This document shows, piece after piece, positions 18,030 to 27,846 of a stretch of DNA of 64,000 bases (within the stretch, counting starts at the first letter, position 1; the number at the start of each line of letters is the position of its first letter). Below the pieces are notes generated by a model that saw only the letters and a program-made list of their open reading frames with translations, was not told where the DNA came from and made no database searches. The position numbers and the translations under genes are program-made. The stretch is from a virus: positions 6,438-70,437 of IMG/VR virus record IMGVR_UViG_3300046734_000671, one strand, 5' to 3'.

Positions 18030-20693
18030 TTATCCTTGTAAAGCCGCTGTCGGCGCTGTGAAATTACTTGTGTATCTTGCTAGACCTTTTGTAATACGAA
18101 CATCGCTTTGATATCCATTAAAGACTTCCCCGCCTGTAGCACTTGCTCCAATCCTAAATAACTGAGAAGTATATGTTCTAGCACTTGTAGAGGAGCTGCC
18201 TGTTTGAGTGCCGTTCAAAAATAACTTGTGAGTGCCGCTTGCCCGCGTATAAGCCCAGTGATGCCAATTGTTTGCAGTGACTGCGCTTGACGCTCCTGTA
18301 ATCAGAAATCCGCCGCTGTATATATAGAGCGCTCCAGCAGTACTGACCGCTACAGACCATCCGCCAGCATCAGTAAGACTACTCAGTCGGCCATCAACTA
18401 CCGTGTATAATGCGGAGTTATTTGGTATCCAAAGCCAGCCCTCTATAGTAAAATCTTCAGTACCAAAATTTCCTATATCTTGATCATCCGCTTCGATATA
18501 ATCTCCAGTCCCATCAAAGTACATAGCAGAGCTTAAAAATTTATATTGAGTTGTAGATGATTTTGTATTTCCTACAAGTTTTACTTTCTTTGAACTTTGA
18601 GATTTGTCAATAATACCTGCATCTGTACTCTGTACAAGTAGTTTTGTATTTGTAATTGCTGTAAGTGGAGTAGTTGGAGGAGTAAAATTACTTGTATAAA
18701 CTGCTGTGCCTTTCACAAAACGAAGATCTGCTAAAGTTCCTGCAAGTGTGCCGTTAGAGTTATTCCATCGCATTATGTGTAAAGGATTTGTGCTATCAAA
18801 ACCAGCATCAGCAGCATTAGTAACAGTAGCATCTGACTTACCATTTAGATAAATAGCCCACGCATTTCCATTTCGGACTACTGCCCAATGAGTCCAAGTA
18901 TTAAGTGCAATATCAGTTGCAGCAGTAATTATATATGCGCTTGCTGGAGACGAATAAAATTGCAATTTGCCAGAATTGATTTGAACAATACTTGAAAAAT
19001 AAGTTTGTCCTACAAGAAAGTTTGCATTACCATATGCAGTGGGGTATACCCACCCTTCTATAGTAAAGTCAGAGGTTCCTAAATCAAAATCAGAGCTTGC
19101 TGCAACTGCCAAGTAATCTCCTGTACCATCAGAATGTAGAGAGCCTCCATGACTTGCTGCTGAATATTCTTGGGCATCGTATGGAGAAATGGGTTCTATA
19201 GTTGGGTCACCCGCCACAGTTATAGCGTGACCGTCTGTAGAGCCATCAGCTATATAAGGTAAATGACAAGTAAGTAACTTAGTATTTGTTACTGCTGTTA
19301 AAGGCTCTGTAGGTGCGGTAAACGCAGAAGTATATACAGCGGTGCCTTTTACAAATCTAACATCTCTTATATAGCCATTTAAATTATTACCGTATTGATG
19401 TGACCCAATTCTAATTCTATTATTAGCATAATTAGTACTATTTGACGCACTATATTTTAAAGCCCCATCAATATATAAATATATAGTAGAGGCATCCCTA
19501 ACAAGGGCTAAATGATACCACTTATTTAAATCAATAATATCGTGATTGGTACCACTTCCTACATTTCCTGTTAACCAATCTGAGTCGACTATACCAATAC
19601 TATCATTTGTGTGGTAATAAAAAATATTCATTACATTAGTTGAACCGCTCATAAGAGCAAGAAGAGTATACTGTGTATCTGTGTTAACTTTAAACCAGCA
19701 TTCTAAAGTAAACTGTCCAGTACCGACTTGAAATGCTGAAGTATCTGTAGGAGTTTCTAAATAGTCCCCGGTACCATCAAAATAAGTAGAATAGCCACCA
19801 TGTCGATAAGGACTAAATGTAGTTTGATGTGCATCTCCATTTGCTGTAATTGTATGGTTCGAAGTAGATTTATCGTCAAAAGAAGTATTTACTGCATTGT
19901 TTGCTCCTACTGAAGTGATAAGAGCTGTAGTATAATGACTATTTGGTACTGTAAATTGCAATGTAAATGAAGATGCTGCAGTTGCAATATTTACTCCATC
20001 ACTTGCACGAAATGTAAGCGAGAAAGTTCCTGCGTAAGCTGTATTTGTTGATGGTGTAATCGTCCATACATTTGTACTTGCTCCTGTACCTTGAGCCACC
20101 GTTGCTATATTCCCCGAAGTATCGCTAGCAATACTGTACGTAATTGGTATTCCTTCCGGATCTGTAGCAACAATAGTTACAGTAGTTGCTGTACCATCAA
20201 TTGCAAGATCATAGGTAGCATTTGCACCAGATATAGAAGGATTCGTATTTATAAGTGCAATTTTATACCATCCGCTACCATTGTAGAAGTATAAAGTATT
20301 TGTTGCAGTTACAAATGCTTGATCTCCTGCAGCAGGAGATGACAGGGCCAGAAGCGCAGTTACATTTGCTACAACTGTGGCACTTCCGTCTGCTCCAGCC
20401 GCTCCAGCCGCTCCAGCGGATCCTTGTTGTCCAACAACTTCTACCCATTGATTGGAAGAGCCATCAGCATAGTATACAAACATACCTCCATCATCAGTAT
20501 CATACCATAAATCGCCGTCTGAAGGACTAGAAGGAGCACTATCGCTTGTACTTACAGATGCACCTCCACCGCTACCACTGGAACCTGCAGAACTTGTCCA
20601 GTATGCTTTTGTAGAATTGTAAGTATAAGTAATTCCATTTATAGTCACCGTATCTGCATTACTTGGACTATCTGGAAAATTATATAAAGCCAT
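18030..20693 (-). CDS. Modular fibre/adhesin with three LamG/ConA-like lectin domains
   Basis: Three FDGTGDY..FTxExW..WxHxAxVR..LYxxG..DxRxxKG units; N-terminal NFPDSPSN, PSSPSDGDLW and cadherin-like modules. Confidence 0.8.
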   Translation of the reverse strand: MALYNFPDSPSNADTVTINGITYTYNSTKAYWTSSAGSSGSGGGASVSTSDSAPSSPSDGDLWYDTDDGGMFVYYADGSSNQWVEVVGQQGSAGAAGAAGADGSATVVANVTALLALSSPAAGDQAFVTATNTLYFYNGSGWYKIALINTNPSISGANATYDLAIDGTATTVTIVATDPEGIPITYSIASDTSGNIATVAQGTGASTNVWTITPSTNTAYAGTFSLTFRASDGVNIATAASSFTLQFTVPNSHYTTALITSVGANNAVNTSFDDKSTSNHTITANGDAHQTTFSPYRHGGYSTYFDGTGDYLETPTDTSAFQVGTGQFTLECWFKVNTDTQYTLLALMSGSTNVMNIFYYHTNDSIGIVDSDWLTGNVGSGTNHDIIDLNKWYHLALVRDASTIYLYIDGALKYSASNSTNYANNRIRIGSHQYGNNLNGYIRDVRFVKGTAVYTSAFTAPTEPLTAVTNTKLLTCHLPYIADGSTDGHAITVAGDPTIEPISPYDAQEYSAASHGGSLHSDGTGDYLAVAASSDFDLGTSDFTIEGWVYPTAYGNANFLVGQTYFSSIVQINSGKLQFYSSPASAYIITAATDIALNTWTHWAVVRNGNAWAIYLNGKSDATVTNAADAGFDSTNPLHIMRWNNSNGTLAGTLADLRFVKGTAVYTSNFTPPTTPLTAITNTKLLVQSTDAGIIDKSQSSKKVKLVGNTKSSTTQYKFLSSAMYFDGTGDYIEADDQDIGNFGTEDFTIEGWLWIPNNSALYTVVDGRLSSLTDAGGWSVAVSTAGALYIYSGGFLITGASSAVTANNWHHWAYTRASGTHKLFLNGTQTGSSSTSARTYTSQLFRIGASATGGEVFNGYQSDVRITKGLARYTSNFTAPTAALQG

Positions 20694-20696
20694 TGT

Positions 20697-23348
20697 TTAC
20701 CCCTTTAAAGCCGCTGTCGGCGCTGTGAAATTACTTGTGTATCTTGCTAGACCTTTGGTTATACGAACATCGCTTTGGTATCCTGTAAAGAATTCAGATG
20801 CATCGTGTTTAGCTGCTATTGTAAAATTATTATCTGTGTAGTTTCGGACGGTTGTATAAGTAGTTCCTGTTTGAGTTCCATTTAAAAATACTTTTTGATT
20901 TGTGCCGCTTCTTGTAAAAGCCCAGTGGTACCATGTATTTGAAGAAATAGCACTTCCTTTTGCTCCGATAAATGCTCCGGAATAAACATAAAAGTCTCCT
21001 GCACTTATTGCCATAACCCAGCCAGTTGTAGACCCTCCACTAGTTCGTGTTTCTGCGATAGTAATATAATTTGAAGGAGATGCTGTTAGATAAAACCATC
21101 CTTCTGCTGTAAAATCTGCACTACCAAAATTTCCTATATCTTGATCATCCGCTTCGATATAATCTCCAGTACCATCAAAATACATAGAGCTTGAAAGAAA
21201 CTTTGTTTGAGTTGTAGACGACTTTGTATTTCCTAAAAGTTTAACAAATCGGGGAGTTTGAGCTTTGTCAATAATACCTGCATCTGTACTCTGCACAAGT
21301 AGTTTTGTATTTGTAACTGCTGTGAGAGGCGAAGTAGTAGGAGTGAAATTAGAAGTATAAACTGCAGTGCCATTTACTACACGAACATCTGATATATTTC
21401 CGGTAAATGCTCGTGCTGCTATTGCAGGGTACTGTCCAATTTGTATAAATGTGGGTTGAGTTACAGTTCCTGTTTTTGTAACTGTTGTTGCATCTGCTAC
21501 ACCATTTATATATAATTTACAGTTTCCTGAGCTACTTCCATTTCTAACTAAGGCTAAATGAGTCCATTGATTTAAAGGTAAAGACCCGGTCGCATCAGTA
21601 TAAGTCATTCCTACATTAAAATGTAATTTTCCATTTGACCTAACAAGAATATTCCATCCTGTGCTTTGTCCATCGTGAGAAAAGGCCAATATCCCAGAAT
21701 AATCATTTGTATGTGCAGTACAATAAACCCAACACTCTGCAGTAAAATCCCCTGTGAATGTAAAGTCAGATCCTCCAGTAATTTCTATACTATCTCCTGT
21801 GCCATCACAATTTAACGAGCCTCCATGACTTGCTGCTGCATATTCTATTTCATCAAAAGGAGCCCAAGGGGCTATAGTTGGATCACCACTAACAGTTAGT
21901 GCATGTCCTGTTTCTCCTTCATCTTTTAAATACGGCTTATTAAATATAAGTAGTTTTGTGTTTGTAACTGCGGTAAGAGTTTCTGTAGGAGCAGTAAAAT
22001 TACTAGTATATAAACAAGTTCCTTTTATGATTCTAAAGTCTTTTAAATTAGCGGGGCCTAAAGTTTCTCCTGCACCCCAGCCAGATCTACCAATTCTTGC
22101 TCCCACCGTATTTCCGTACGTAAAGTCAAAAGCATTTGTATCTGTATTAGTAGCTACAAGAGTTCCTCCTTGAAACAATCTACACACATTACTACTATCT
22201 CGTGTCAGTGCACAGTGTGTCCAAGTATTTAATGGAATCAATGTAGCAGTTCCAGTAGCAGAAGTGCCAGTTTGATTGGCATGCATTTGAGGATTTCCTG
22301 CACCAACTGCTCTAGTTGCACAAAGAACTCCTGCCATTGCAGGACCTCCAGTAATCCCTGTATCATTACCAATAGAAATATAAGGTGCAGTGCTATATCC
22401 ACTACTATTTGGAGCTATCACTCTTTGAACAGTTCTTGCATAAGAATTTGGAATATAAACCCAAAACTCAATAGTAAATTCGCCATCTAAATCAAAATCT
22501 GCATGATTTGGAGTATCTATCCAATCGCCTGTGCCATCGAACTCCATTGAGTAGCCACCATGTCGATAAGGACTGAATGTAGTTTGATGAGCATCTCCAT
22601 TTGCTGTGATTGTATGATTGCTGCTTGATTTATCATCGAATGTAGTATTTACAGCATTATTTGCACCTACAGATGTTATAAGAGCTGTAGTATATTTTTG
22701 ATTTACAACTTTAAATTGTAGAGTAAATGATGCTGCTGAAGAAGCAATATTTACACCATCAGAAGCACGGAAAGTAAGTGAGAAAGTTCCTGCGTGTGCC
22801 GTATTTGTTGAAGGAGTAATTGTGAATACGTTTGTGCTTGAACCTGTTCCTTGTGCTACTGTCGCAGTATTTCCAGAAGTATCAGAAACAATACTATATG
22901 TAATTGGCAGTCCTTCGGGATCTGTAGCAGTTATTGTTACAGTCGTAGCAGTACCATCAATCGCTAAAGCATAACTTGAACTTACACCAGAAATAGTAGG
23001 ATTGTTATTAATTAATGCAATATTGTACCATCCAGTGCCTGTCCAAATATATAAACGATTTGTAGCAGTTACATACGCCATATCGCCAGCAGTGCCGCTT
23101 GTAGGCAATGCTGCAATGTTTGCGTATACTGCGGTTCTTGCTGCGGATTCGCCAGCACCTATAAGAGTTCTAACCTCTGCTCCGGTAATACCAGATACTA
23201 GACTAGGAGTAGAGCCATCTGTTGTAATTGCTGGATTTCCCGTTGCAGTAGGATTCCACACTCCCGCAGTGCCGTCATATGTAAATGTCTGGCCTGCTGC
23301 TGTATGAGTTGCCCCGTTTGATGGGCTATTTGGAAAATTTATTGCCAT
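20697..23348 (-). CDS. Modular fibre/adhesin with three LamG/ConA-like domains, paralogue of 18030-20693
   Basis: Same architecture, with near-identical DNA blocks. Confidence 0.8.
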   Translation of the reverse strand: MAINFPNSPSNGATHTAAGQTFTYDGTAGVWNPTATGNPAITTDGSTPSLVSGITGAEVRTLIGAGESAARTAVYANIAALPTSGTAGDMAYVTATNRLYIWTGTGWYNIALINNNPTISGVSSSYALAIDGTATTVTITATDPEGLPITYSIVSDTSGNTATVAQGTGSSTNVFTITPSTNTAHAGTFSLTFRASDGVNIASSAASFTLQFKVVNQKYTTALITSVGANNAVNTTFDDKSSSNHTITANGDAHQTTFSPYRHGGYSMEFDGTGDWIDTPNHADFDLDGEFTIEFWVYIPNSYARTVQRVIAPNSSGYSTAPYISIGNDTGITGGPAMAGVLCATRAVGAGNPQMHANQTGTSATGTATLIPLNTWTHCALTRDSSNVCRLFQGGTLVATNTDTNAFDFTYGNTVGARIGRSGWGAGETLGPANLKDFRIIKGTCLYTSNFTAPTETLTAVTNTKLLIFNKPYLKDEGETGHALTVSGDPTIAPWAPFDEIEYAAASHGGSLNCDGTGDSIEITGGSDFTFTGDFTAECWVYCTAHTNDYSGILAFSHDGQSTGWNILVRSNGKLHFNVGMTYTDATGSLPLNQWTHLALVRNGSSSGNCKLYINGVADATTVTKTGTVTQPTFIQIGQYPAIAARAFTGNISDVRVVNGTAVYTSNFTPTTSPLTAVTNTKLLVQSTDAGIIDKAQTPRFVKLLGNTKSSTTQTKFLSSSMYFDGTGDYIEADDQDIGNFGSADFTAEGWFYLTASPSNYITIAETRTSGGSTTGWVMAISAGDFYVYSGAFIGAKGSAISSNTWYHWAFTRSGTNQKVFLNGTQTGTTYTTVRNYTDNNFTIAAKHDASEFFTGYQSDVRITKGLARYTSNFTAPTAALKG

Positions 23349-23358
23349 TCTTTACTCC

Positions 23359-24981
23359 TTAGAAAGTTATGGTACCGTTTGCATTAAATTGGTATACATA
23401 GTCACTGCCTACTGTTGTTGCTGTAGGAGAGCCCGTAGTTGATGTTGCCTGTGTAGAGCTACGAATAATAACTACACCGCTACCTCCAGCAGCACCTGTA
23501 ACATTTTGACTTCCAGTAATACCTCCGGCACCACCACCGCCTCCAGTGTTTGCAGTACCTGCAGTACCATTTCCTGGAGAAGTTGCAGCTGCACCACCGC
23601 CTCCACTAGCTGTACCTGCGGAAGCACCACCGCCACCACCAGCTCTTTCAACAGAAGATCCAGTGATTGTAGAAGCTACACCGGCACCACCATTACCCCC
23701 GCTATAAGAATTAACGTGAGCATTCTGTCCTACAGCACCGGCTCCACCACCACCGCCTCCTCCATAGGGCGCACCACCTGCAGTACCTCCGGCATAGCCT
23801 TGATTTGCAGTTCCAGTTCCTGCTGTGCCTTGATAATGGTTACCACCACCTCCGGAACCTCCATTACCTCCTGCACTTCCACTAGCAAAACCACCTTTAC
23901 CGCCTCCCACTGATGTAATTGTGGTCATTGACGCTCCAGTAGTTCTTGCTAAAGAACTGTCTGCTCCATCTGTTCCTACAGCACTAGCAGTTGCTCCAGT
24001 ACCTCCTGCTCCTACTGTAATTGTATATACATTACCTGGAGAACCTACTATTGCTGCCTCTGCGGAGCCTCCTCCACCAGAAGCCTCATTGTTCCAAGAA
24101 GCACGATAGCCTCCTGCACCTCCACCACCACCATTTGCATAGGCAGGAAGTGAAGAACCGCCTCCGCCTCCACCAGCAATTACAAGCCAATGTAATGTAT
24201 GAGTGAATGCCAAACTAAAATCTACGAAACGAGTAGCATGAGTAATTCCATCTGAAGCACTTAGCCGTGCTTTGAAACTTCCTGCATGAGCGTTATTTGT
24301 AGAAGGATCAAAAGTAAAAGTACCCGTACTTTGATTTATCGTTGTATCTGCTGCGAGTTGATTTGGTCGTGCATTTGTAGCATTTGCATATGCAATTGCG
24401 TAAGTAATTGATGTTCCTTCCGGATCCACTGCTTGCATTTGTACTGTACTAGTACTACCATCGTTATTCAAAGCATGAGCTGTAGGCGGCTCAGTGTAAA
24501 CAATTGGAACTTGTCCATATCCAGTAGCAGCAGCTCCTGCGGCCCCCGCAGCCCCAGTAGCTCCAGCAGGTCCAGATATACCAACCCATTGACTTGAGTC
24601 TCCATCATTATAGTATACATATAATGCACTTGTATCTGACCTATACCATAAGTCTCCTGCACTTGGAGAGGAGGGAGCAGTATCCGATGCTGTTACAGAT
24701 GCTCCCCCACTACCACCACTACCAGAAGGATTTGTTTGAACCCACTGATTTGAAGAACCATCTTGATAGTATAAAAATGTTTTTAGTACACTTGGGTCAA
24801 ACCATAAATCTCCAGCAGAAGGACTAGTGGGAGCTGTTTCTGATACAGTTACAGATGCTCCGCCACCCGACCCTCCGGCCGGACCGGTCCATGCCCCCAT
24901 TGTAGAGTTATACGTATAAGTATTTCCTCCAAAAGTATGAGTTGCTCCGTTGGCGGGGCTATTTGGAAAATCTGTTGCCAT
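23359..24981 (-). CDS. Modular fibre/adhesin: NFPxSP module, two PSAGDLW modules, cadherin-like domain, Gly-rich domain
   Basis: Shared modules visible in the translation. Confidence 0.75.
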   Translation of the reverse strand: MATDFPNSPANGATHTFGGNTYTYNSTMGAWTGPAGGSGGGASVTVSETAPTSPSAGDLWFDPSVLKTFLYYQDGSSNQWVQTNPSGSGGSGGASVTASDTAPSSPSAGDLWYRSDTSALYVYYNDGDSSQWVGISGPAGATGAAGAAGAAATGYGQVPIVYTEPPTAHALNNDGSTSTVQMQAVDPEGTSITYAIAYANATNARPNQLAADTTINQSTGTFTFDPSTNNAHAGSFKARLSASDGITHATRFVDFSLAFTHTLHWLVIAGGGGGGSSLPAYANGGGGGAGGYRASWNNEASGGGGSAEAAIVGSPGNVYTITVGAGGTGATASAVGTDGADSSLARTTGASMTTITSVGGGKGGFASGSAGGNGGSGGGGNHYQGTAGTGTANQGYAGGTAGGAPYGGGGGGGAGAVGQNAHVNSYSGGNGGAGVASTITGSSVERAGGGGGASAGTASGGGGAAATSPGNGTAGTANTGGGGGAGGITGSQNVTGAAGGSGVVIIRSSTQATSTTGSPTATTVGSDYVYQFNANGTITF

Positions 24982-24991
24982 TCTTTACTCC

Positions 24992-27832
24992 TTAAAAAGT
25001 TATGCTACCAGTGCCTGCTGTAAATGTATAAACATGCCATCCGGATCTGCCGCTAGTATCTACACTGTAAGTTCCTGATACAGAAGATGCTGCTTGTTGT
25101 GCTGCAATAATTACTACACCAGAACCACCGGCTTGACCAGCAACACTACTACCATTACCACCTCCGCCTCCGCCAGTATTTGCGGTGCCTGCTGATGCAG
25201 AAGCTCCGCCATTACCACCTCCGCCTGCGCCACCATTAGTGTACGTTTGGGAATTCCAAGTAGCACCACCTCCGCCCCCTGCGCGAGTTACAGAAGTACC
25301 AGTTATAGAGGAAGCTAAACCAGCACCTCCTGAACCTGCCGCTGTAGTGCCTGTACCGCCATCTGTACCAGCAGCGCCTGCACCACCACCACCACCTGAA
25401 CCTCTAGCACCGCCATTTGTAGACGCACCGCCCGCATTCCCTTGTCCAGAAGTACCTGCACCACCAGTACCCCCATAACGACCACCACCACCTGAGCCAC
25501 CTACTAATCCATTTCCAGCGTACGAAGCACTCGCAGGGCCTGTACCGGCTCCACCACCTCCACCTACAGCTGTTATACTTCCAAATACAGAGTCGCTTCC
25601 ATTCGTTCCATTATTATTATCAGGACTTGTACTGCCTGCGCCTCCCGCCCCTACAGTAATTGAGTAGGCCGTGCCGGGCTGTAACGTAAATCCTGTAGCA
25701 GTACGGTAACCACCAGCTCCACCACCACCTCCAGCAGCTGATCCGGCTCCACTACCCCCGCCACCGCCGATAACTAAGTATTCTACTAATACGGTGAAAG
25801 CTAAACTAAAGTCCACTAGACGAGTTGTAGTTCTTGCTCCATCAGAGGCGCTTAAGCGAGCTCGAAAGTTGCCTGCATGAGCTGAATTACTACTAGGAGT
25901 AAAAGTGTATACTCCTGTACTTTGATTAATAGAAGGAGCGGAAGCAAGCTGAGAAGGTAAAGCATTATTTGCTGTTTTATATGCAATACCATAATTAATA
26001 GCAAATCCTTCGGGATCTTGAGCTGTCATTGTAACTGTGCTAGTACTTCCTGAGTTTGAAAGTGCTTGTGTACTTGTAGGGGGTTCAGTAGTAATTACAG
26101 GACTTTCGTCATTTCCAGAGGCTACTACTTCCCAAGATGTGCCATTATATAAGTATAAAGTATTCGTATCATTTGCATAAGCCAAATCAGCGGCAGTTGG
26201 ACTTCCTGGAAAACCTGCAACATTAGCATAACGAGTTATTGCAGCACTAGACCCATCAGCACCAGCAGCACCAGCAGCACCTGTAGCTCCTGTAGCTCCT
26301 GTAGCTCCTGTAGCTCCTGTTTTACCTACAATTTCTACCCATTGAGAAGAATTTGCATCAGTATAGTATACAAACAAACCACCAGCATTTGTATTGTACC
26401 ATAAGTCTCCTGCACTGGGACTACTTGGTGCAGCATCTGACGTAGTTACAGATGCTCCCCCACCTCCTCCAGACTGTGCCACCCAGTCATAGTCACTGCC
26501 GTTCCAAGATAATACCTCTCCAGAGGACGCTGTGCTTCTATTTAAATGAGTATCTACAGATGCATCATTATAGCTTCCACCTGCTGTAACTGCTGCCTGA
26601 ACAAATGCAGTTGTTGCAATCTGTGTAGTATTTGTGCCACTAGAGGCTGTTGGAGCTGCTGGCGTACCGGTAAGTGTTGGACTTGCTAAAGGTGCTTTTG
26701 CAGCTAAACTATTTGTAACTGTTGTAGAAAAACTTGCATCATCATTTAGTGCTGCTGCAAGTTCATTTAATGTATCTAAAGTTGCAGGAGCAGAATCTAC
26801 AAGAGCAGAAACTTGAGTATCTACATAACTTTTGTTTGAGAGTTCTATCCAGTTTCCGCCATGTGCAAAGTATGCCGCTCCAGTTGCGTGAACGTGTGCA
26901 AACATACCATGATAAGTTGTAGCGCTAGGTAAATCAGAAAGCGCTGAATACATATTTGCGAATAAAACTTTACCTGTTGTAATAAAATCATTGCTACCAA
27001 TATCAATATCTGCATTTTTATGTGCTATAGTAGTAGGTACCCCCGTTAAAGAGCTATAAGCGCCATTAAATAAAGCAGTATTTCCTGCAAGTGCAGTTGT
27101 AGCCGAAGTTCCTAATGTAAGTGCATCAGTAATACCATACCCTGCTATAGTAGTAGGCTTACCTGTAAGAGCACTAAATGCTCCGCTAAATAAAGCGGTG
27201 TTGCCAGCAAGTGCAGTTGTGGCCGAAGTTCCTAATGTGAGAGCATCAGTAATACCATACCCTGCTATAGTTGTTGGTTTGCTAGAAAGAGAAGCAAAAA
27301 CTCCATCAAATGCATCTGTAATTCCGTATCCTGATATAGTTGTTGGCTTACCGCTGAGATCACTAAATGCGCCACTAAAGGCGGCAGTATTTCCAATCTG
27401 TAAAGTATTATTTGTACCACCACTAAGAGTTACTTGATTATTTCCACTACCAATTTTTAATTGACCTACAATTATATTACTACTATCCGCGGAGATAGTT
27501 TGGTTGCCAAGATTTATACTTGTACCACTTAAGTGTAGATCTTTAAATTTATTTGTACTTGAGCCCAAGTCTCGAGTTTCATTTCCATCTGGAATTAAAT
27601 CTCCTGCAATAGAGCTTATATCTACATTACTTATTCCAGCTCCAATAAGAGTTCTCATTTCTGCTGCAGTAATACCAGTACCAAGACTAGGAACAGTTCC
27701 ATTGCTAAGTATAGCAGGACTTAAACCAGTGCCCGTTTTCCAAGCATTGTCTGCTGAAATATAAGTATAGACAACACCGTTTACTGTAACGGTATCTCCA
27801 TTACTCGGACTATTTGGAAAATTATATGCCAT
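24992..27832 (-). CDS. Long modular fibre: KPTT..GYGITDA repeats, LDTLNELAAAL block, collagen GXY stretch, cadherin-like domain, Gly-rich domain
   Basis: Typical tail-fibre shaft repeats plus shared modules. Confidence 0.8.
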   Translation of the reverse strand: MAYNFPNSPSNGDTVTVNGVVYTYISADNAWKTGTGLSPAILSNGTVPSLGTGITAAEMRTLIGAGISNVDISSIAGDLIPDGNETRDLGSSTNKFKDLHLSGTSINLGNQTISADSSNIIVGQLKIGSGNNQVTLSGGTNNTLQIGNTAAFSGAFSDLSGKPTTISGYGITDAFDGVFASLSSKPTTIAGYGITDALTLGTSATTALAGNTALFSGAFSALTGKPTTIAGYGITDALTLGTSATTALAGNTALFNGAYSSLTGVPTTIAHKNADIDIGSNDFITTGKVLFANMYSALSDLPSATTYHGMFAHVHATGAAYFAHGGNWIELSNKSYVDTQVSALVDSAPATLDTLNELAAALNDDASFSTTVTNSLAAKAPLASPTLTGTPAAPTASSGTNTTQIATTAFVQAAVTAGGSYNDASVDTHLNRSTASSGEVLSWNGSDYDWVAQSGGGGGASVTTSDAAPSSPSAGDLWYNTNAGGLFVYYTDANSSQWVEIVGKTGATGATGATGATGAAGAAGADGSSAAITRYANVAGFPGSPTAADLAYANDTNTLYLYNGTSWEVVASGNDESPVITTEPPTSTQALSNSGSTSTVTMTAQDPEGFAINYGIAYKTANNALPSQLASAPSINQSTGVYTFTPSSNSAHAGNFRARLSASDGARTTTRLVDFSLAFTVLVEYLVIGGGGGSGAGSAAGGGGGAGGYRTATGFTLQPGTAYSITVGAGGAGSTSPDNNNGTNGSDSVFGSITAVGGGGGAGTGPASASYAGNGLVGGSGGGGRYGGTGGAGTSGQGNAGGASTNGGARGSGGGGGAGAAGTDGGTGTTAAGSGGAGLASSITGTSVTRAGGGGGATWNSQTYTNGGAGGGGNGGASASAGTANTGGGGGGNGSSVAGQAGGSGVVIIAAQQAASSVSGTYSVDTSGRSGWHVYTFTAGTGSITF
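26259..26320 (-). repeat. Collagen-like 9-bp repeats (GAT)4(GAA)2
   Basis: CCTGTAGCT x4 and CCAGCAGCA x2. Confidence 0.85.
27070..27280 (-). repeat. 120-bp-period tandem duplication (40 aa) in the fibre shaft
   Basis: GTGCAGTTGTxGCCGAAGTTCCTAATGT at 27091 and 27211. Confidence 0.85.
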
Positions 27833-27846
27833 TGGTTACTCCTACT

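Noticed and set aside
17001-25478. Pro-rich + strand ORFs (e.g. 17001-17363, 23506-23913, 25185-25478)
   Set aside because: Antisense shadows of Gly-rich codons in the fibre genes.
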